Assembly: GCF_000354175.2 (NCBI RefSeq)
Contig: NC_022349.1
Span: 30,001-62,000 of the forward strand
Direction of reading: 5' to 3'
DNA length: 32,000 nucleotides
From: Vibrio alginolyticus NBRC 15630 = ATCC 17749
GTDB lineage: Bacteria > Pseudomonadota > Gammaproteobacteria > Enterobacterales > Vibrionaceae
Made by a program: the position numbers and the translations under genes. The notes under the pieces are model-generated. The model ran no database searches and had not been told where the DNA came from. It saw only the letters and a list, made by a program, of their open reading frames with translations. This document shows positions 16,082 to 26,476 of the stretch, one piece after another (within the stretch, counting starts at the first letter, position 1; each line of letters opens with the position of its first letter).

Positions 16082-19000
16082 TTAGCTCGTTGGTAATAAA
16101 TTCTGTTTAAAATCATTCAGTAAGTCTTGAACAAACTGAATGCGTTTACGTCGGTCCACCAATGGTACGCTAAACTTGAACTTAGTTGGACCTTCCATTG
16201 CAAATTTTTGCGGCTGTGATTGCAGCAGTTTAACTAAATACGCTGGATTTATGTCAGCATCAGGGTAAAACTCGATAAATCCACCTTTATCATGGGCTTC
16301 TATCTTTTTCGCTTTTAAACTACCGGCCGAAATTTTCAATTCTGAGACGGCAAGTAAGTTCTTTGTTGCGTCTGGAAGCAAACCAAAGCGATCAATCAGC
16401 TCCACTTTTAGCTCTGATAGTTCATCACTGCTTGTGACACTCGCAATGCGTTTGTACATCGACAGTCGTGTGTTTACATCCGGAATGTAATCATCTGGTA
16501 AGAGCGCTGGGATTCGCATTTCCACTTCAGTTTGCTCACGAAGCAGCTCATCCAAAGATGGCTCCTTGCCTTCTTTTAATGCTTGCACTGCTTGTTCCAG
16601 CATTTCCATATAAAGTGTAAAACCAACGGATTGAATTTGCCCACTTTGCTCATCACCAAGCAGCTCACCAGCACCACGGATTTCTAAATCGTGGGTTGCT
16701 AACGTAAAGCCAGCACCTAAGTCTTCCAGTGAAGCAATCGCATCAAGACGCTTGATGGCATCTTTGGTCATGGCTTTTGGATGTGGCGTTAATAAGTAAG
16801 CATAGGCCTGATGGTGTGAACGTCCAACACGGCCACGTAATTGATGCAACTGCGCCAAGCCAAGATTGTCCGCACGATCCATGATTATGGTATTTGCCGT
16901 TGGTACGTCGATACCGGTTTCGATGATGGTTGTACACACCAACACATTAAAGCGCTGATGGTAGAAGTCATTCATGATTCGCTCAAGTTCGCGCTCGCGC
17001 ATTTGACCATGAGCCACGGTAATGCGTGCCTCTGGAATGAGTTTCTGTAAGTCTTCTGCCGTTTTTTCAATGGTTTCAACCTGATTGTGCAGGAAGTAAA
17101 CCTGACCACCACGCATAATTTCACGCAGTACCGCTTCACGGACCACTGGCTCTTCTTTTTGTCGAACAAAGGTTTTAATGGCTAAACGGCGTGCAGGAGG
17201 TGTCGCGATGATCGACAGGTCTCGCATGCCACTCATTGCCATATTCAGTGTGCGTGGAATTGGTGTTGCGGTGAGGGTAAGAATGTCCACATCCGCACGC
17301 ATTGCTTTGACTTTTTCTTTTTGACGAACCCCAAAGCGGTGTTCCTCATCAACGATCAACAAACCTAAATCTTTGAATTTAATGTCGCTCGAAAGCAGCT
17401 TATGCGTACCAACGACAATATCGACTTTACCATCGGCAACGTCTTGCAGAATGACTTTTTGTTCTTTGGCAGATTTAAAACGAGACAGTACTTCAACTCG
17501 GATTGGTAAGTTGGCAAAACGGTCACGGAAGTTTTCGAAATGCTGCTGAGCAAGCAAGGTTGTTGGTACGAGTACGGCGACCTGTTTACTGTTATCCGTT
17601 GCGACAAATGCTGCGCGCATAGCGACTTCCGTTTTACCAAAGCCCACGTCACCACACACTAAGCGATCCATCGCTTTTGCCTGGCACATGTCTGACAATA
17701 CGGCATTGATGGCCATCGCTTGGTCATCTGTTTCTTCAAACGGGAATGTTGCTTTAAATGTTGCGTATTGCCCACGATCTAGCTCAAATTTGAAGCCAGG
17801 TTTTAATTCTCGTTTAGCATACACATCCAGCAATTCTGCTGCGACATCACGCACTTTTTCTGCCGCTTTACGACGTGCTTTTGCCCACGCTTCACCACCT
17901 AATTTATGCAGTGGCGCACTCTCTTCAGCGCCGCCAGAATAACGGCTGATAAGATTCAGTGATGAAACTGGCACGTAGAGCTTGGCATCGTTTTGATACT
18001 CAAGGGTGACGTATTCCGTTTTCATGCCACCGGCTTCAAGTGTTTGTAAACCGATGTAGCGGCCAATACCGTGATCAATATGAACCACAGGTTGACCGGG
18101 TTTTAGTTCCGCAAGATGGCGAATAACGGTGTCACTGTTGACGGCTTTTTTATCTTTGCGGCGTCGCTGGATAACACGGTCACCGAGTAGATCACTTTCA
18201 CAGATCAGAGCGAAGCTCAGCTCTTCGTGAATGAAACCATGCTCTGCTGCGCCTAAGATCAAGCTGAATCGATCACCCGAGTCTAGAGCTTGGTAAAGTG
18301 AGCCATGTACGACCGGCCGAACTTTGATGCCTTGCAACAGCTCCGTTAGTGCTTCACGACGACCTTCTGACTCTACCGAGAAAACGATTTTTCCGCTGAA
18401 TTGCTCACTGAACTGACGAAGGCGCGAGAGCGGCTCTTTATTTTGTTGCTGAACGCCAAGCTCGGCTAACGATTGTACGGGTAGGTTTTGACGACCGGCA
18501 CGCTTAACCACTTTATCTAGGCTCAATTGAGTGATAGGGAGCTGTTTTAGTTGACTGAAAAGTTCGTCTTTTTTCAACCAAAGCTGTTCAGGAGTCAAAA
18601 GAGGGCGCAACGGATCAACTTTTTTCTGGTCGTATCGATATTCGACATCGGTTAAGAAAGTATCGACCGCAGATTCGATATCACCATATGTGATGACTTG
18701 AGAGTCTTCTGGCAAATATTCAAATAAAGTCTCGGTATGGTCAAAAAACAGCGGCTGCCAATACTCAATACCAGCGGGCCACGTGCCTTTGGTCACTTGC
18801 ATGTAGATTGATTCAGGCTCGCGGCGTGCGTCGAACTGGGTGCGCCAACGTGTACGGAAATCTTCAATCGCTTCTTTAGTGGTTGGGAACTCATGTGCAG
18901 GCAGCAATTGGATTTGCTGAATATCGTCGATAGAGCGTTGGTTCTCTGGATCAAATGTGCGAATGGTATCTATTTCATCATCAAAGAAGTCGATGCGGTA

Positions 19001-19543
19001 CGGGTCATTGCTGCCCATAGGAAAGAGATCCAGAATAGACCCACGACTTGCATATTCACCTGGCCCAAATACTTGATCTACATGGCGGTAGCCTGAATTT
19101 TCAAGTTGTACACGTAACTTCTCTAGCGAGATTCGATCACCAGTTTTCACCATTAAAGTGTGTTGCAACAAAAAATCACGTGGCGATTGGCGTTGCAATA
19201 CTGTACTGACCGGGACGATGGTTATGCCATCACGTTGACTTGGCAGTTGGTATAGGCGTGCGATACGTTCAGAGATGATTTCTTGATGCGGAGAAAAGTT
19301 ATCGTAAGGCAGCGTTTCCCAGTCGGGGAACAGGCTTACCGTTTGGTCGGTGAATTGCTCAATCTCTGCCTGAAGCTTTAAAGCAATTTGCGGGTCAGGC
19401 ACAACGAGTAGCGAGTGACTCGAATGCTGCTTGGCTAGCTCTGCAATGGCTAGAGGTAGAGCTGCGCCCGGCAAATTACCTAGCTGTTTTTTGTCGCCAC
19501 GCTCTGAAGGGTTGGTGACGGAAAGAATCGTTGCTTTTGTCAT
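16082..19543 (-). CDS. mfd: Transcription-repair coupling factor
   Basis: 1153 aa. Has an SF2 helicase core (GDVGFGKTEVA, DEEHRFG, QLRGRVGRS) and an N-terminal UvrB-homology region. Confidence 0.97.
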   Translation of the reverse strand: MTKATILSVTNPSERGDKKQLGNLPGAALPLAIAELAKQHSSHSLLVVPDPQIALKLQAEIEQFTDQTVSLFPDWETLPYDNFSPHQEIISERIARLYQLPSQRDGITIVPVSTVLQRQSPRDFLLQHTLMVKTGDRISLEKLRVQLENSGYRHVDQVFGPGEYASRGSILDLFPMGSNDPYRIDFFDDEIDTIRTFDPENQRSIDDIQQIQLLPAHEFPTTKEAIEDFRTRWRTQFDARREPESIYMQVTKGTWPAGIEYWQPLFFDHTETLFEYLPEDSQVITYGDIESAVDTFLTDVEYRYDQKKVDPLRPLLTPEQLWLKKDELFSQLKQLPITQLSLDKVVKRAGRQNLPVQSLAELGVQQQNKEPLSRLRQFSEQFSGKIVFSVESEGRREALTELLQGIKVRPVVHGSLYQALDSGDRFSLILGAAEHGFIHEELSFALICESDLLGDRVIQRRRKDKKAVNSDTVIRHLAELKPGQPVVHIDHGIGRYIGLQTLEAGGMKTEYVTLEYQNDAKLYVPVSSLNLISRYSGGAEESAPLHKLGGEAWAKARRKAAEKVRDVAAELLDVYAKRELKPGFKFELDRGQYATFKATFPFEETDDQAMAINAVLSDMCQAKAMDRLVCGDVGFGKTEVAMRAAFVATDNSKQVAVLVPTTLLAQQHFENFRDRFANLPIRVEVLSRFKSAKEQKVILQDVADGKVDIVVGTHKLLSSDIKFKDLGLLIVDEEHRFGVRQKEKVKAMRADVDILTLTATPIPRTLNMAMSGMRDLSIIATPPARRLAIKTFVRQKEEPVVREAVLREIMRGGQVYFLHNQVETIEKTAEDLQKLIPEARITVAHGQMRERELERIMNDFYHQRFNVLVCTTIIETGIDVPTANTIIMDRADNLGLAQLHQLRGRVGRSHHQAYAYLLTPHPKAMTKDAIKRLDAIASLEDLGAGFTLATHDLEIRGAGELLGDEQSGQIQSVGFTLYMEMLEQAVQALKEGKEPSLDELLREQTEVEMRIPALLPDDYIPDVNTRLSMYKRIASVTSSDELSELKVELIDRFGLLPDATKNLLAVSELKISAGSLKAKKIEAHDKGGFIEFYPDADINPAYLVKLLQSQPQKFAMEGPTKFKFSVPLVDRRKRIQFVQDLLNDFKQNLLPTS

Positions 19544-19548
19544 AGGAA

Positions 19549-20118
19549 TTATTTTTTATCTCGCTCCATCGAGCGCTGACGTAAAAGTTTTTGTTGTTGA
19601 TACAGTGCCGCCTTTATCAGTAAATCTTGATCAGATTCTCGGAGCATCTTGTATCTAAGCGTGATAATGAAATCTTGCTCTGAAGCATCACATTCTTCTA
19701 CTTGAGCGTAACAGTAAATCGCCGCAGCAGGGTGATCGAGGAACAGTTTAACACGAACGAGTTGTTGAGTAGTTAACGCTGTACCTGAGCGGAAACTGAG
19801 TTGACTAGCACCGAACTGCGTCGTTTGATAGCGAATGGAGGCGTCATCTTGTTGTGAAAGCATAAAGCTCAACAAGAGGTTAAGTTTCGCGTTTTGCGTA
19901 TCAAGCAAGTTGATCACATGCTTTAACTCTTTGTTTTTCAGCTCTAGACGCGCGTTGTCTGCCAACATATCTAAGTGACTAAATTCACTGGCGACAATAA
20001 ATGGTGCTGGAATTTCGGAGACAAACGTTTCTTCATCTGGCAAAGCAAAGTCCTCACTTAACGTTTCGACGTTGATGGTGAGGTTATGATGGACGGTAAA
20101 GTATTCTTGCTCTGTCAT
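19549..20118 (-). CDS. plzB: PilZ-like protein with a degenerate c-di-GMP motif (PlzB-like)
   Basis: Start trimmed from TTG 20163 to the ATG at 20118 (AAAGGA upstream). The stop lies 5 nt from the mfd ATG. The C-terminal beta-rich domain ends in a ...LLIKAALYQQQKLLRQR helix. The position matches V. cholerae plzB next to mfd, from memory. Confidence 0.55.
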   Translation of the reverse strand: MTEQEYFTVHHNLTINVETLSEDFALPDEETFVSEIPAPFIVASEFSHLDMLADNARLELKNKELKHVINLLDTQNAKLNLLLSFMLSQQDDASIRYQTTQFGASQLSFRSGTALTTQQLVRVKLFLDHPAAAIYCYAQVEECDASEQDFIITLRYKMLRESDQDLLIKAALYQQQKLLRQRSMERDKK

Positions 20119-20367
20119 ATAGTCGATCCTTTTGCCAGTGAGCGCTCCCTGTTCACTCAACAAACAAAGAGAAATAGGGCACTGATTATCGCTAACTGAA
20201 TGAAGTTATCAAGTTTAGCCGATTTGTCCTTGAACTTTTTGCCCTAAATACAGACTTATTGCATGTCGTTGACAAATTTAGCGATTCTCTTGTCTTCTTA
20301 ATGAGAAGAGTAAGGTAAGATAATCCGCTAAAGCTTTATATCAAAACAACCAGTTGGTTTGTCTTAT

Positions 20368-21576
20368 ATGTATCATCCTATCTCATTGTTTATTGGCTTA
20401 AGGTATCTTCGGGGACGCTCTGGAGATAGGTTCAGCCGATTTGTTTCTTATATGTCGACGGCGGGTATTACGATCGGTGTAATGGCGTTGGTGACGGTTC
20501 TTTCTGTGATGAACGGGTTTGAATCGCAGTTAAAAGAACGCATTTTAGGTGTGCTACCTCATGCCGTTGTTTCGCAACACGATGGAAAAACGCCTATGAC
20601 CGAGTCTGCTCCTCCATTTGTTCAAGCGATGTCGAGTGAATCTCAGCCGGAGCCTATCGTTAGAGGAGAGGCTGTTATTCAGAGTTCTGCACAGCTGACG
20701 GCTGGTTACCTCATCGGTATTGAACCTAAGAAAGGCGATCCGATTAGCAACCATTTGATTGCCGGACGATTATCGTCACTTCATGCAGGTGACTACAATG
20801 TATTTTTGGGTCACAGTTTGGCGCGTTCACTAAAGGTCTCAATCGGGGATAAAGTACGCTTGATGGTGACCAACGCGACGCAGTTTACCCCACTTGGTCG
20901 TATTCCTAGCCAGCGAAACTTTACTGTCTCAGGCATTTTCAATACGGGATCGGACGTTGATGGTCAATTAATGATTGTGAACATGACGGATGCATCTAAG
21001 CTGATGCGTTTCCCTAAAGACACGGTTTCTGGTTGGCGTGTCTTTTTCTCTGACCCATTTATGGTGACGGATTTTGCTGACCAACCCATGCCTGATGGAT
21101 GGGAATGGAGTGATTGGCGCGAACAGCGTGGTGAGCTTTTCCAAGCGGTGAAAATGGAAAAGAACATGATGGGACTTATGCTAGGTCTAATTGTGGGTGT
21201 CGCTGCATTCAATATTATCTCCGCTTTAATCATGGTGGTAATGGAGAAGCAATCAGAAGTCGCAATATTGAAAACTCAAGGCATGACTCAATCTCAAGTG
21301 ATGACCATTTTCATGGTGCAAGGTGCAAGCAGTGGTGTAATTGGCGCGATTGTTGGTGGCGCTGCGGGCGTGATCTTGTCACTTAATCTAAATGCGATTC
21401 TTGAATCTGCTGGTGTGGCGCTATTCAGCTTTGGTGGTCATCTACCCATCTTGATTGATTCACTGCAAATTCTTTTAGTGGTGGTGTTGGCGATTGCTCT
21501 TAGCCTTGCTGCTACGCTTTATCCTTCTTATCGAGCATCTTCTGTTAAACCTGCTGAGGCACTTCGCTATGAATAA
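20368..21576 (+). CDS. lolC: Lipoprotein-releasing system permease LolC
   Basis: Start set at the ATG at 20368. [27 protein letters not shown] aligns with the E. coli LolC N-terminus, and the protein has an FtsX-type C-terminus. Confidence 0.9.
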   Translation: MYHPISLFIGLRYLRGRSGDRFSRFVSYMSTAGITIGVMALVTVLSVMNGFESQLKERILGVLPHAVVSQHDGKTPMTESAPPFVQAMSSESQPEPIVRGEAVIQSSAQLTAGYLIGIEPKKGDPISNHLIAGRLSSLHAGDYNVFLGHSLARSLKVSIGDKVRLMVTNATQFTPLGRIPSQRNFTVSGIFNTGSDVDGQLMIVNMTDASKLMRFPKDTVSGWRVFFSDPFMVTDFADQPMPDGWEWSDWREQRGELFQAVKMEKNMMGLMLGLIVGVAAFNIISALIMVVMEKQSEVAILKTQGMTQSQVMTIFMVQGASSGVIGAIVGGAAGVILSLNLNAILESAGVALFSFGGHLPILIDSLQILLVVVLAIALSLAATLYPSYRASSVKPAEALRYE

Positions 21577-22276
21577 GCTATTAGAATGTCGTGATATTCG
21601 TAAAGTCTACCGAGAGGGTTCGTTAGATACGGAAGTGTTGAAAGGCGTAAGTTTCGATATCGACAAAGGGGAGTTGGTTTCTATTGTTGGCTCTTCTGGT
21701 TCGGGAAAAAGTACCTTATTGCATATTTTAGGTGCGTTAGATGACGCAACTCATGGTGAAGTTGATTTTCTAGGGCAAAACCTATCAGCTTTGAGCTCGA
21801 ACAAACAGGCGGCATTACGCAACAAGCACCTTGGTTTTGTATACCAGTTTCATCACTTGTTGGCTGACTTTACTGCGCTTGAAAATGTGGCGATGCCACT
21901 GATGATTGGCGGTGCTAAAGTAGCGGATGCAAAACAGGCGGCTAAAGCGCTGTTAGATAAAGTTGGTTTGAGTCATCGGATGCAACATAGACCCTCCGAG
22001 TTATCGGGCGGTGAGCGTCAGCGTGTTGCGATTGCGCGTGCATTGGTGAATAAACCTGATCTGGTCTTGGCTGATGAACCTACGGGGAACTTAGATCACA
22101 ATACGGCACTGTCTATCTATGATTTGATGCGCGAGCTCAATAAAGAGTCAAACATTGCATTTTTGGTTGTCACGCATGACAAAGAGCTGGCAGCAAAAAT
22201 GGATCGTCAAATGCACATGCAAGATGGTTTGCTCGTAGATCGTTTTGTGACTGATACAGCATCTGCGGAGGGCTAG
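21569..22276 (+). CDS. lolD: Lipoprotein-releasing system ATP-binding protein LolD
   Basis: Start trimmed to the ATG at 21569 (ATGAATAA overlap with the lolC stop). Walker [10 protein letters not shown], signature LSGGERQR and Walker B LVLADEPT are present. Confidence 0.93.
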   Translation: MNKLLECRDIRKVYREGSLDTEVLKGVSFDIDKGELVSIVGSSGSGKSTLLHILGALDDATHGEVDFLGQNLSALSSNKQAALRNKHLGFVYQFHHLLADFTALENVAMPLMIGGAKVADAKQAAKALLDKVGLSHRMQHRPSELSGGERQRVAIARALVNKPDLVLADEPTGNLDHNTALSIYDLMRELNKESNIAFLVVTHDKELAAKMDRQMHMQDGLLVDRFVTDTASAEG

Positions 22277-22278
22277 TT

Positions 22279-23523
22279 TTGTTTACCTCTTTAGCTTTGA
22301 TGATTGGTGGTCGCTTCAGTCGAGCGAAAAAGCGCAACAAGATGGTGTCTTTCATATCGCTTTCTTCGACTATTGGTATTGCGGTTGGCGTTGCTGTGAT
22401 CATTATCGGTTTGTCTGCAATGAATGGCTTTGAGCGCGAGCTGCAATCGCGTGTGTTGTCTGTGATCCCACACGGCGAGTTAGAAGGTGTTAATGGACCA
22501 CTTCATGACTACACCAAAACGATGAATCAAGCTCTAAAACATGAACATGTTGTTGCGGCAGCACCGTACGTTCGTTTTACGGGCTTGGCAGAAAAAGGCA
22601 GTAAGCTAAAAGCGATAGAAGTTCGTGGTGTAGAGCCTACTTTCGAGCAAGCGGTGTCGAGCTTATCGAATTTTATTGACCAAGAAGCTTGGCAAAACTT
22701 TTATGCCGGTCAGCAGCAAGTGATCTTAGGACGAGGTGTAGCAAACGAGCTAAATGTCGCCGTGGGGGATTACGTTACGTTGATGATTCCGCAAACAGGC
22801 GGCGCAAATAAAGTGCAGGCTCCTAAGCGAGTGCGCGTGAAGGTGTCAGGGTTCTTAACATTGAATGGCCAAATCGACCACTCTCTAGCGTTAGTACCAT
22901 TAGCGGATGCTCAGCAATACGCGAGATTAGGGGAAGGGGTCACTGGCATTTCACTAAAAACTGACGATGTTCTCAATGCGCCTTCTATTGTTCGCGAGGT
23001 TGGTAGCATGATTGATGTTTATGTGTATTTGAAAAGCTGGCAGCAAAAGTTTGGTTTTTTGTATCGCGATATTCAGCTCGTGCGCACCATTATGTACTTG
23101 GTGATGGTACTGGTGATTGGCGTGGCATGTTTTAATATTGTGTCTACGTTGATGATGGCAGTGAAAGACCGAGCGGCGGAAATCGCAATTTTGCGAACAA
23201 TGGGAGCAAAAGATAGCCTAATCAAACGGATCTTTGTTTGGCAAGGTGTATTCTCTGGTGTATTTGGCAGTCTCGTCGGCAGTGTTATCGGTGTCTTAGT
23301 GGCGTTAAACCTGACTCCGTTAATTAAAGGGTTAGAGAGCTTAATTGGTCATCAGTTTTTATCGGGCGATATTTACTTCGTCGACTTCTTACCATCACAA
23401 CTACACTGGCCAGATGTGGCATTGGTGTCAGTGACGGCGATAGTGCTTAGTTTACTTGCGACGTGGTATCCTGCTTCTCGTGCCGCAAGGTTGAATCCGG
23501 CGGCTGTACTGAGTTCTAAATAG
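22279..23523 (+). CDS. lolE: Lipoprotein-releasing system permease LolE
   Basis: 414 aa, starting at a TTG 2 nt after the lolD stop. MFTSLALMIGGRFSR aligns with the E. coli LolE N-terminus. An alternative start is the ATG at 22300. Confidence 0.88.
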   Translation: MFTSLALMIGGRFSRAKKRNKMVSFISLSSTIGIAVGVAVIIIGLSAMNGFERELQSRVLSVIPHGELEGVNGPLHDYTKTMNQALKHEHVVAAAPYVRFTGLAEKGSKLKAIEVRGVEPTFEQAVSSLSNFIDQEAWQNFYAGQQQVILGRGVANELNVAVGDYVTLMIPQTGGANKVQAPKRVRVKVSGFLTLNGQIDHSLALVPLADAQQYARLGEGVTGISLKTDDVLNAPSIVREVGSMIDVYVYLKSWQQKFGFLYRDIQLVRTIMYLVMVLVIGVACFNIVSTLMMAVKDRAAEIAILRTMGAKDSLIKRIFVWQGVFSGVFGSLVGSVIGVLVALNLTPLIKGLESLIGHQFLSGDIYFVDFLPSQLHWPDVALVSVTAIVLSLLATWYPASRAARLNPAAVLSSK

Positions 23524-23550
23524 CTGATTGTTTTACAATATGCGAAAAAC

Positions 23551-23577
23551 AAAAAGGACCGAATTCGGTCCTTTTTT
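23551..23577. terminator. Bidirectional terminator after lolE
   Basis: A5 run, the perfect palindrome GGACCGAATTCGGTCC (23556-23571), then a T6 run. Confidence 0.9.
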
Positions 23578-23671
23578 GTATTTATCCGACTTGAGTAACA
23601 TCGCGTTTCATTCTAACTGTTAGATGCCCCTCAACTGATAGCTCAAATGCTGATTTTTACGCAGTAAGGTC

Positions 23672-24181
23672 TTATCTTATTTTGCGTTTTTGCCAGCTCC
23701 GTACCACTGAGTAGCGCCAAAGCCCTCGAATTCCGAAGTAGCCAATAATCGCGGATACAACCCCACAAATTGCGCAGCCCAATAGAAATGGAGGTCCAAT
23801 GGTACTCATTTGCTGCATGATGAATTCCCACGATAGTTCAAAGTGAAAAGGTTGCGGGGGAAGACGCATCACTAGAGCACCTAGCTTGTACGCAAAGTAA
23901 AATAGCACAGGCATAGTGATAGGGTTGCTGATCCATACCAAAGCGACGGAGAGGGGCAGATTGACACCCAACATAATGGCCAAGCCAGCGGCCATGATCA
24001 TTTGGCTCGGCAGCGGAACAAAAGCCATAAATAACCCGACAGCAAAAGCCCCTGATGCCGAGCGGCGGTTTAAGCACCACAAGTTCGGGTTGTACAACAC
24101 ATTGCCGAAGACCTTCAATGCTTTTTGGCGTTTGATCAATTCATGATCTGGCATGAAGCGTTTTATCAGCTTTCTAGGCAT
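23672..24181 (-). CDS. DUF2062-family membrane protein
   Basis: Start trimmed to the ATG at 24181 (MPRKLIKRFMPDHELIKR, a typical family N-terminus). It has 3-4 hydrophobic segments. The 213-aa track version would overlap comEC by 124 nt. Confidence 0.75.
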   Translation of the reverse strand: MPRKLIKRFMPDHELIKRQKALKVFGNVLYNPNLWCLNRRSASGAFAVGLFMAFVPLPSQMIMAAGLAIMLGVNLPLSVALVWISNPITMPVLFYFAYKLGALVMRLPPQPFHFELSWEFIMQQMSTIGPPFLLGCAICGVVSAIIGYFGIRGLWRYSVVRSWQKRKIR

Positions 24182-24189
24182 AGGACAGC

Positions 24190-26445
24190 ATGACTCTCTC
24201 AGAAAAAAGTTGGACCTTGGCGTTATTTGTAGCGAGCGTAATCTCGTCAGCTTGGTGGCCGACAATACCAGATTGGCGTTGGTTGCTGCTGGGAATAATA
24301 ACCACTGGCTCAATAATCAAATTACGTCGTGGCTTAATTAGCATAGGCGCAATTGCGGGCTTTATGGTTGTCATCGTCCACGGCAATGTATTGGAGTCTC
24401 AGAGACAAGCCCTTTTTCAAGCAGGGGAGAATATTACCATAATTGGTAAAGTTGACAGCCCTTTTACGCAAATAAGTCACGGTTATGAAGGTATTGTCGC
24501 TATAGAAGCGGTAAATTCTCAAACTCTGTTACCTTTTCTTAAACCTAAAATCCGTCTTATTACGCCTTTTCCACTCGATGTTAACAGTGAGTTTACGACA
24601 TCCATCTCGTTAAAGCCGATTACAGGTCTACGCAACGAAGCTGGCTTTGATGCTGAAAAGCACGCGATGGGTAAAAATATTATCGCCCGAGCGGTTGTCA
24701 ACAAAGACGCTAAGTGGATTGTTCGTTCTAATGTATCTCTGCGTCAATCCATTATTGCCGATGTCGCTGATGATGTGTCTTCCCTTCATCATTTCTCGTT
24801 AATAAGTGCGTTAGTTTTTGCTGACCGTTCTTGGTTGTCTAAGGAAGATTGGCAAGCGCTCAGGGACAGTGGTTTACTGCATTTGGTCTCCATTTCTGGT
24901 TTACATATTGGTATGGCGTTTACTTTTGGGCTAGTCGTGGGCGGTACCGTTCGTTATCTATTACCCCAATACCAGTTGTTACCTAGCTTATATGGGCTGA
25001 TCTTCGCTGTTGCCTACGCTTGGTTAGCGGATTTCTCTCTGCCTACTACGCGAGCAGTGTCGGTATGCGTTGTTTACGTTCTCCTGAAGTATACTCTGGT
25101 GCACTGGACTTCTTGGCGAGTTCTTTTGCTTGCAGTATCTCTACAACTGCTTGTCCAACCTTTTGCATCCTACAGTATGAGCTTTTGGTTATCGTACCTC
25201 TCCGTTTGTGCGGTATTGTTCGCAATTAATTTGATTCGACATCAAAGGGGAGGTTGGAAAGAGCGATTAAAAGCGTTATTGCTTACTCAATTGATGTTGA
25301 GCGCTTTAATCGTACCTGTTAGTGGCCATTTCTTCTCCGGTTTTAGTTTGTCCTCAATAGCCTACAACTTGGTATTTATTCCTTGGTTCGGATTTATCGT
25401 TGTACCTTTGATGTTTCTAGCCCTGTTCTCATCTTTGTTTCTTGAAGTGATAGCGAAGCCTCTGTGGCATTCGGTGGACTGGTCATTACAGCCATTGAGC
25501 ACGTCAATACAGTACGCAATAGGTTCTTGGCAACCTATTAGCATGGAAATGACAATGCTGGTTATGGCGATAGTGGTTTGCTTAATATTTCAACGGTTCA
25601 TGTCTCAGTACGCGTGGTATTTGTTACTCGGCATCGTTATTAGTATCAAGCTTGCATCGGAGTATGAACCGCATTGGCGTATCGATGTATTAGATGTAGG
25701 TCATGGCCTTGCAGTGGTTGTAGAAAAAGACGACAAGGTGTTGCTGTATGACACTGGTAAAGCATGGCAAAGCGGCAGTATCGCAGAGCAGGTCGTCACT
25801 CCGGTTTTGCATCAACGAGGTTATGAAAGCATAGATACACTGATTCTAAGCCATTTCGATAATGATCACGCAGGCGGCCGCTTTTTCATTGAAGATGCCT
25901 TTTCTCCACAGCGTAAACTTAGTAGTCAATTCTTTATCGGATATGAGCCTTGCACTAGAGGTGACCAATGGAAATGGCAAGGATTAAACATGGAAGTGCT
26001 CTGGCCTCCTGCACTTGTTCAACGTGCGTATAATCCGCACTCCTGTGTATTACGACTTACTGACCCTATTTCTAACTTTAGTATGCTTTTTACTGGTGAT
26101 ATTGAGGCCATTAGCGAGTGGATTTTGCTTAGAGAACCCGGAAAGTTACAAAGCGATGTGGTGCTAGTCCCTCACCACGGGAGTAAAAGTTCATCGAATC
26201 CTCGATTTATCGAGGCGGTGAGCCCGAGTGTGGCGGTTGCTTCTTTAGCAAAAAACAATCGATGGGGAATGCCAGCGGAAAGTGTCGTTGCTTCATACCG
26301 AAAGCTTGGCATTACTTGGCTTGATACTGGTGAGGGTGGTCAGGTAAGCTTCTTTATTCACCGTGATAATTGGCGCTCAGAAACCAAACGTAGCGATACA
26401 TTTGAGCCTTGGTATAGGCAGATGCTGCGTAAGGGAGTAGAATGA
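24190..26445 (+). CDS. comEC: DNA internalization competence protein ComEC/Rec2
   Basis: 751 aa. A polytopic competence domain is followed by a C-terminal metallo-beta-lactamase domain (LSHFDNDHAGG, VPHHGS). RBS AGGA lies 5 nt upstream. Confidence 0.9.
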   Translation: MTLSEKSWTLALFVASVISSAWWPTIPDWRWLLLGIITTGSIIKLRRGLISIGAIAGFMVVIVHGNVLESQRQALFQAGENITIIGKVDSPFTQISHGYEGIVAIEAVNSQTLLPFLKPKIRLITPFPLDVNSEFTTSISLKPITGLRNEAGFDAEKHAMGKNIIARAVVNKDAKWIVRSNVSLRQSIIADVADDVSSLHHFSLISALVFADRSWLSKEDWQALRDSGLLHLVSISGLHIGMAFTFGLVVGGTVRYLLPQYQLLPSLYGLIFAVAYAWLADFSLPTTRAVSVCVVYVLLKYTLVHWTSWRVLLLAVSLQLLVQPFASYSMSFWLSYLSVCAVLFAINLIRHQRGGWKERLKALLLTQLMLSALIVPVSGHFFSGFSLSSIAYNLVFIPWFGFIVVPLMFLALFSSLFLEVIAKPLWHSVDWSLQPLSTSIQYAIGSWQPISMEMTMLVMAIVVCLIFQRFMSQYAWYLLLGIVISIKLASEYEPHWRIDVLDVGHGLAVVVEKDDKVLLYDTGKAWQSGSIAEQVVTPVLHQRGYESIDTLILSHFDNDHAGGRFFIEDAFSPQRKLSSQFFIGYEPCTRGDQWKWQGLNMEVLWPPALVQRAYNPHSCVLRLTDPISNFSMLFTGDIEAISEWILLREPGKLQSDVVLVPHHGSKSSSNPRFIEAVSPSVAVASLAKNNRWGMPAESVVASYRKLGITWLDTGEGGQVSFFIHRDNWRSETKRSDTFEPWYRQMLRKGVE

Positions 26446-26476
26446 GAGTCTTAATGTAAGAAAATAAAGCACTTCT

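Noticed and set aside
16743-19096. Short ORFs on both strands inside mfd (16743-16937, 16841-17050, 16972-17169, 17365-17655, 17688-17942, 18893-19096).
   Set aside because: They are embedded in a continuous 1153-aa helicase gene with all SF2 motifs. No independent signals are present, so they are treated as spurious.
24040-24190. A search for a competence CRP-S box (TGCGA-N6-TCGCA) upstream of comEC.
   Set aside because: Only weak resemblances were found (for example TTTGATCAATTCATGA). Nothing matches both half-sites, so no site is claimed.
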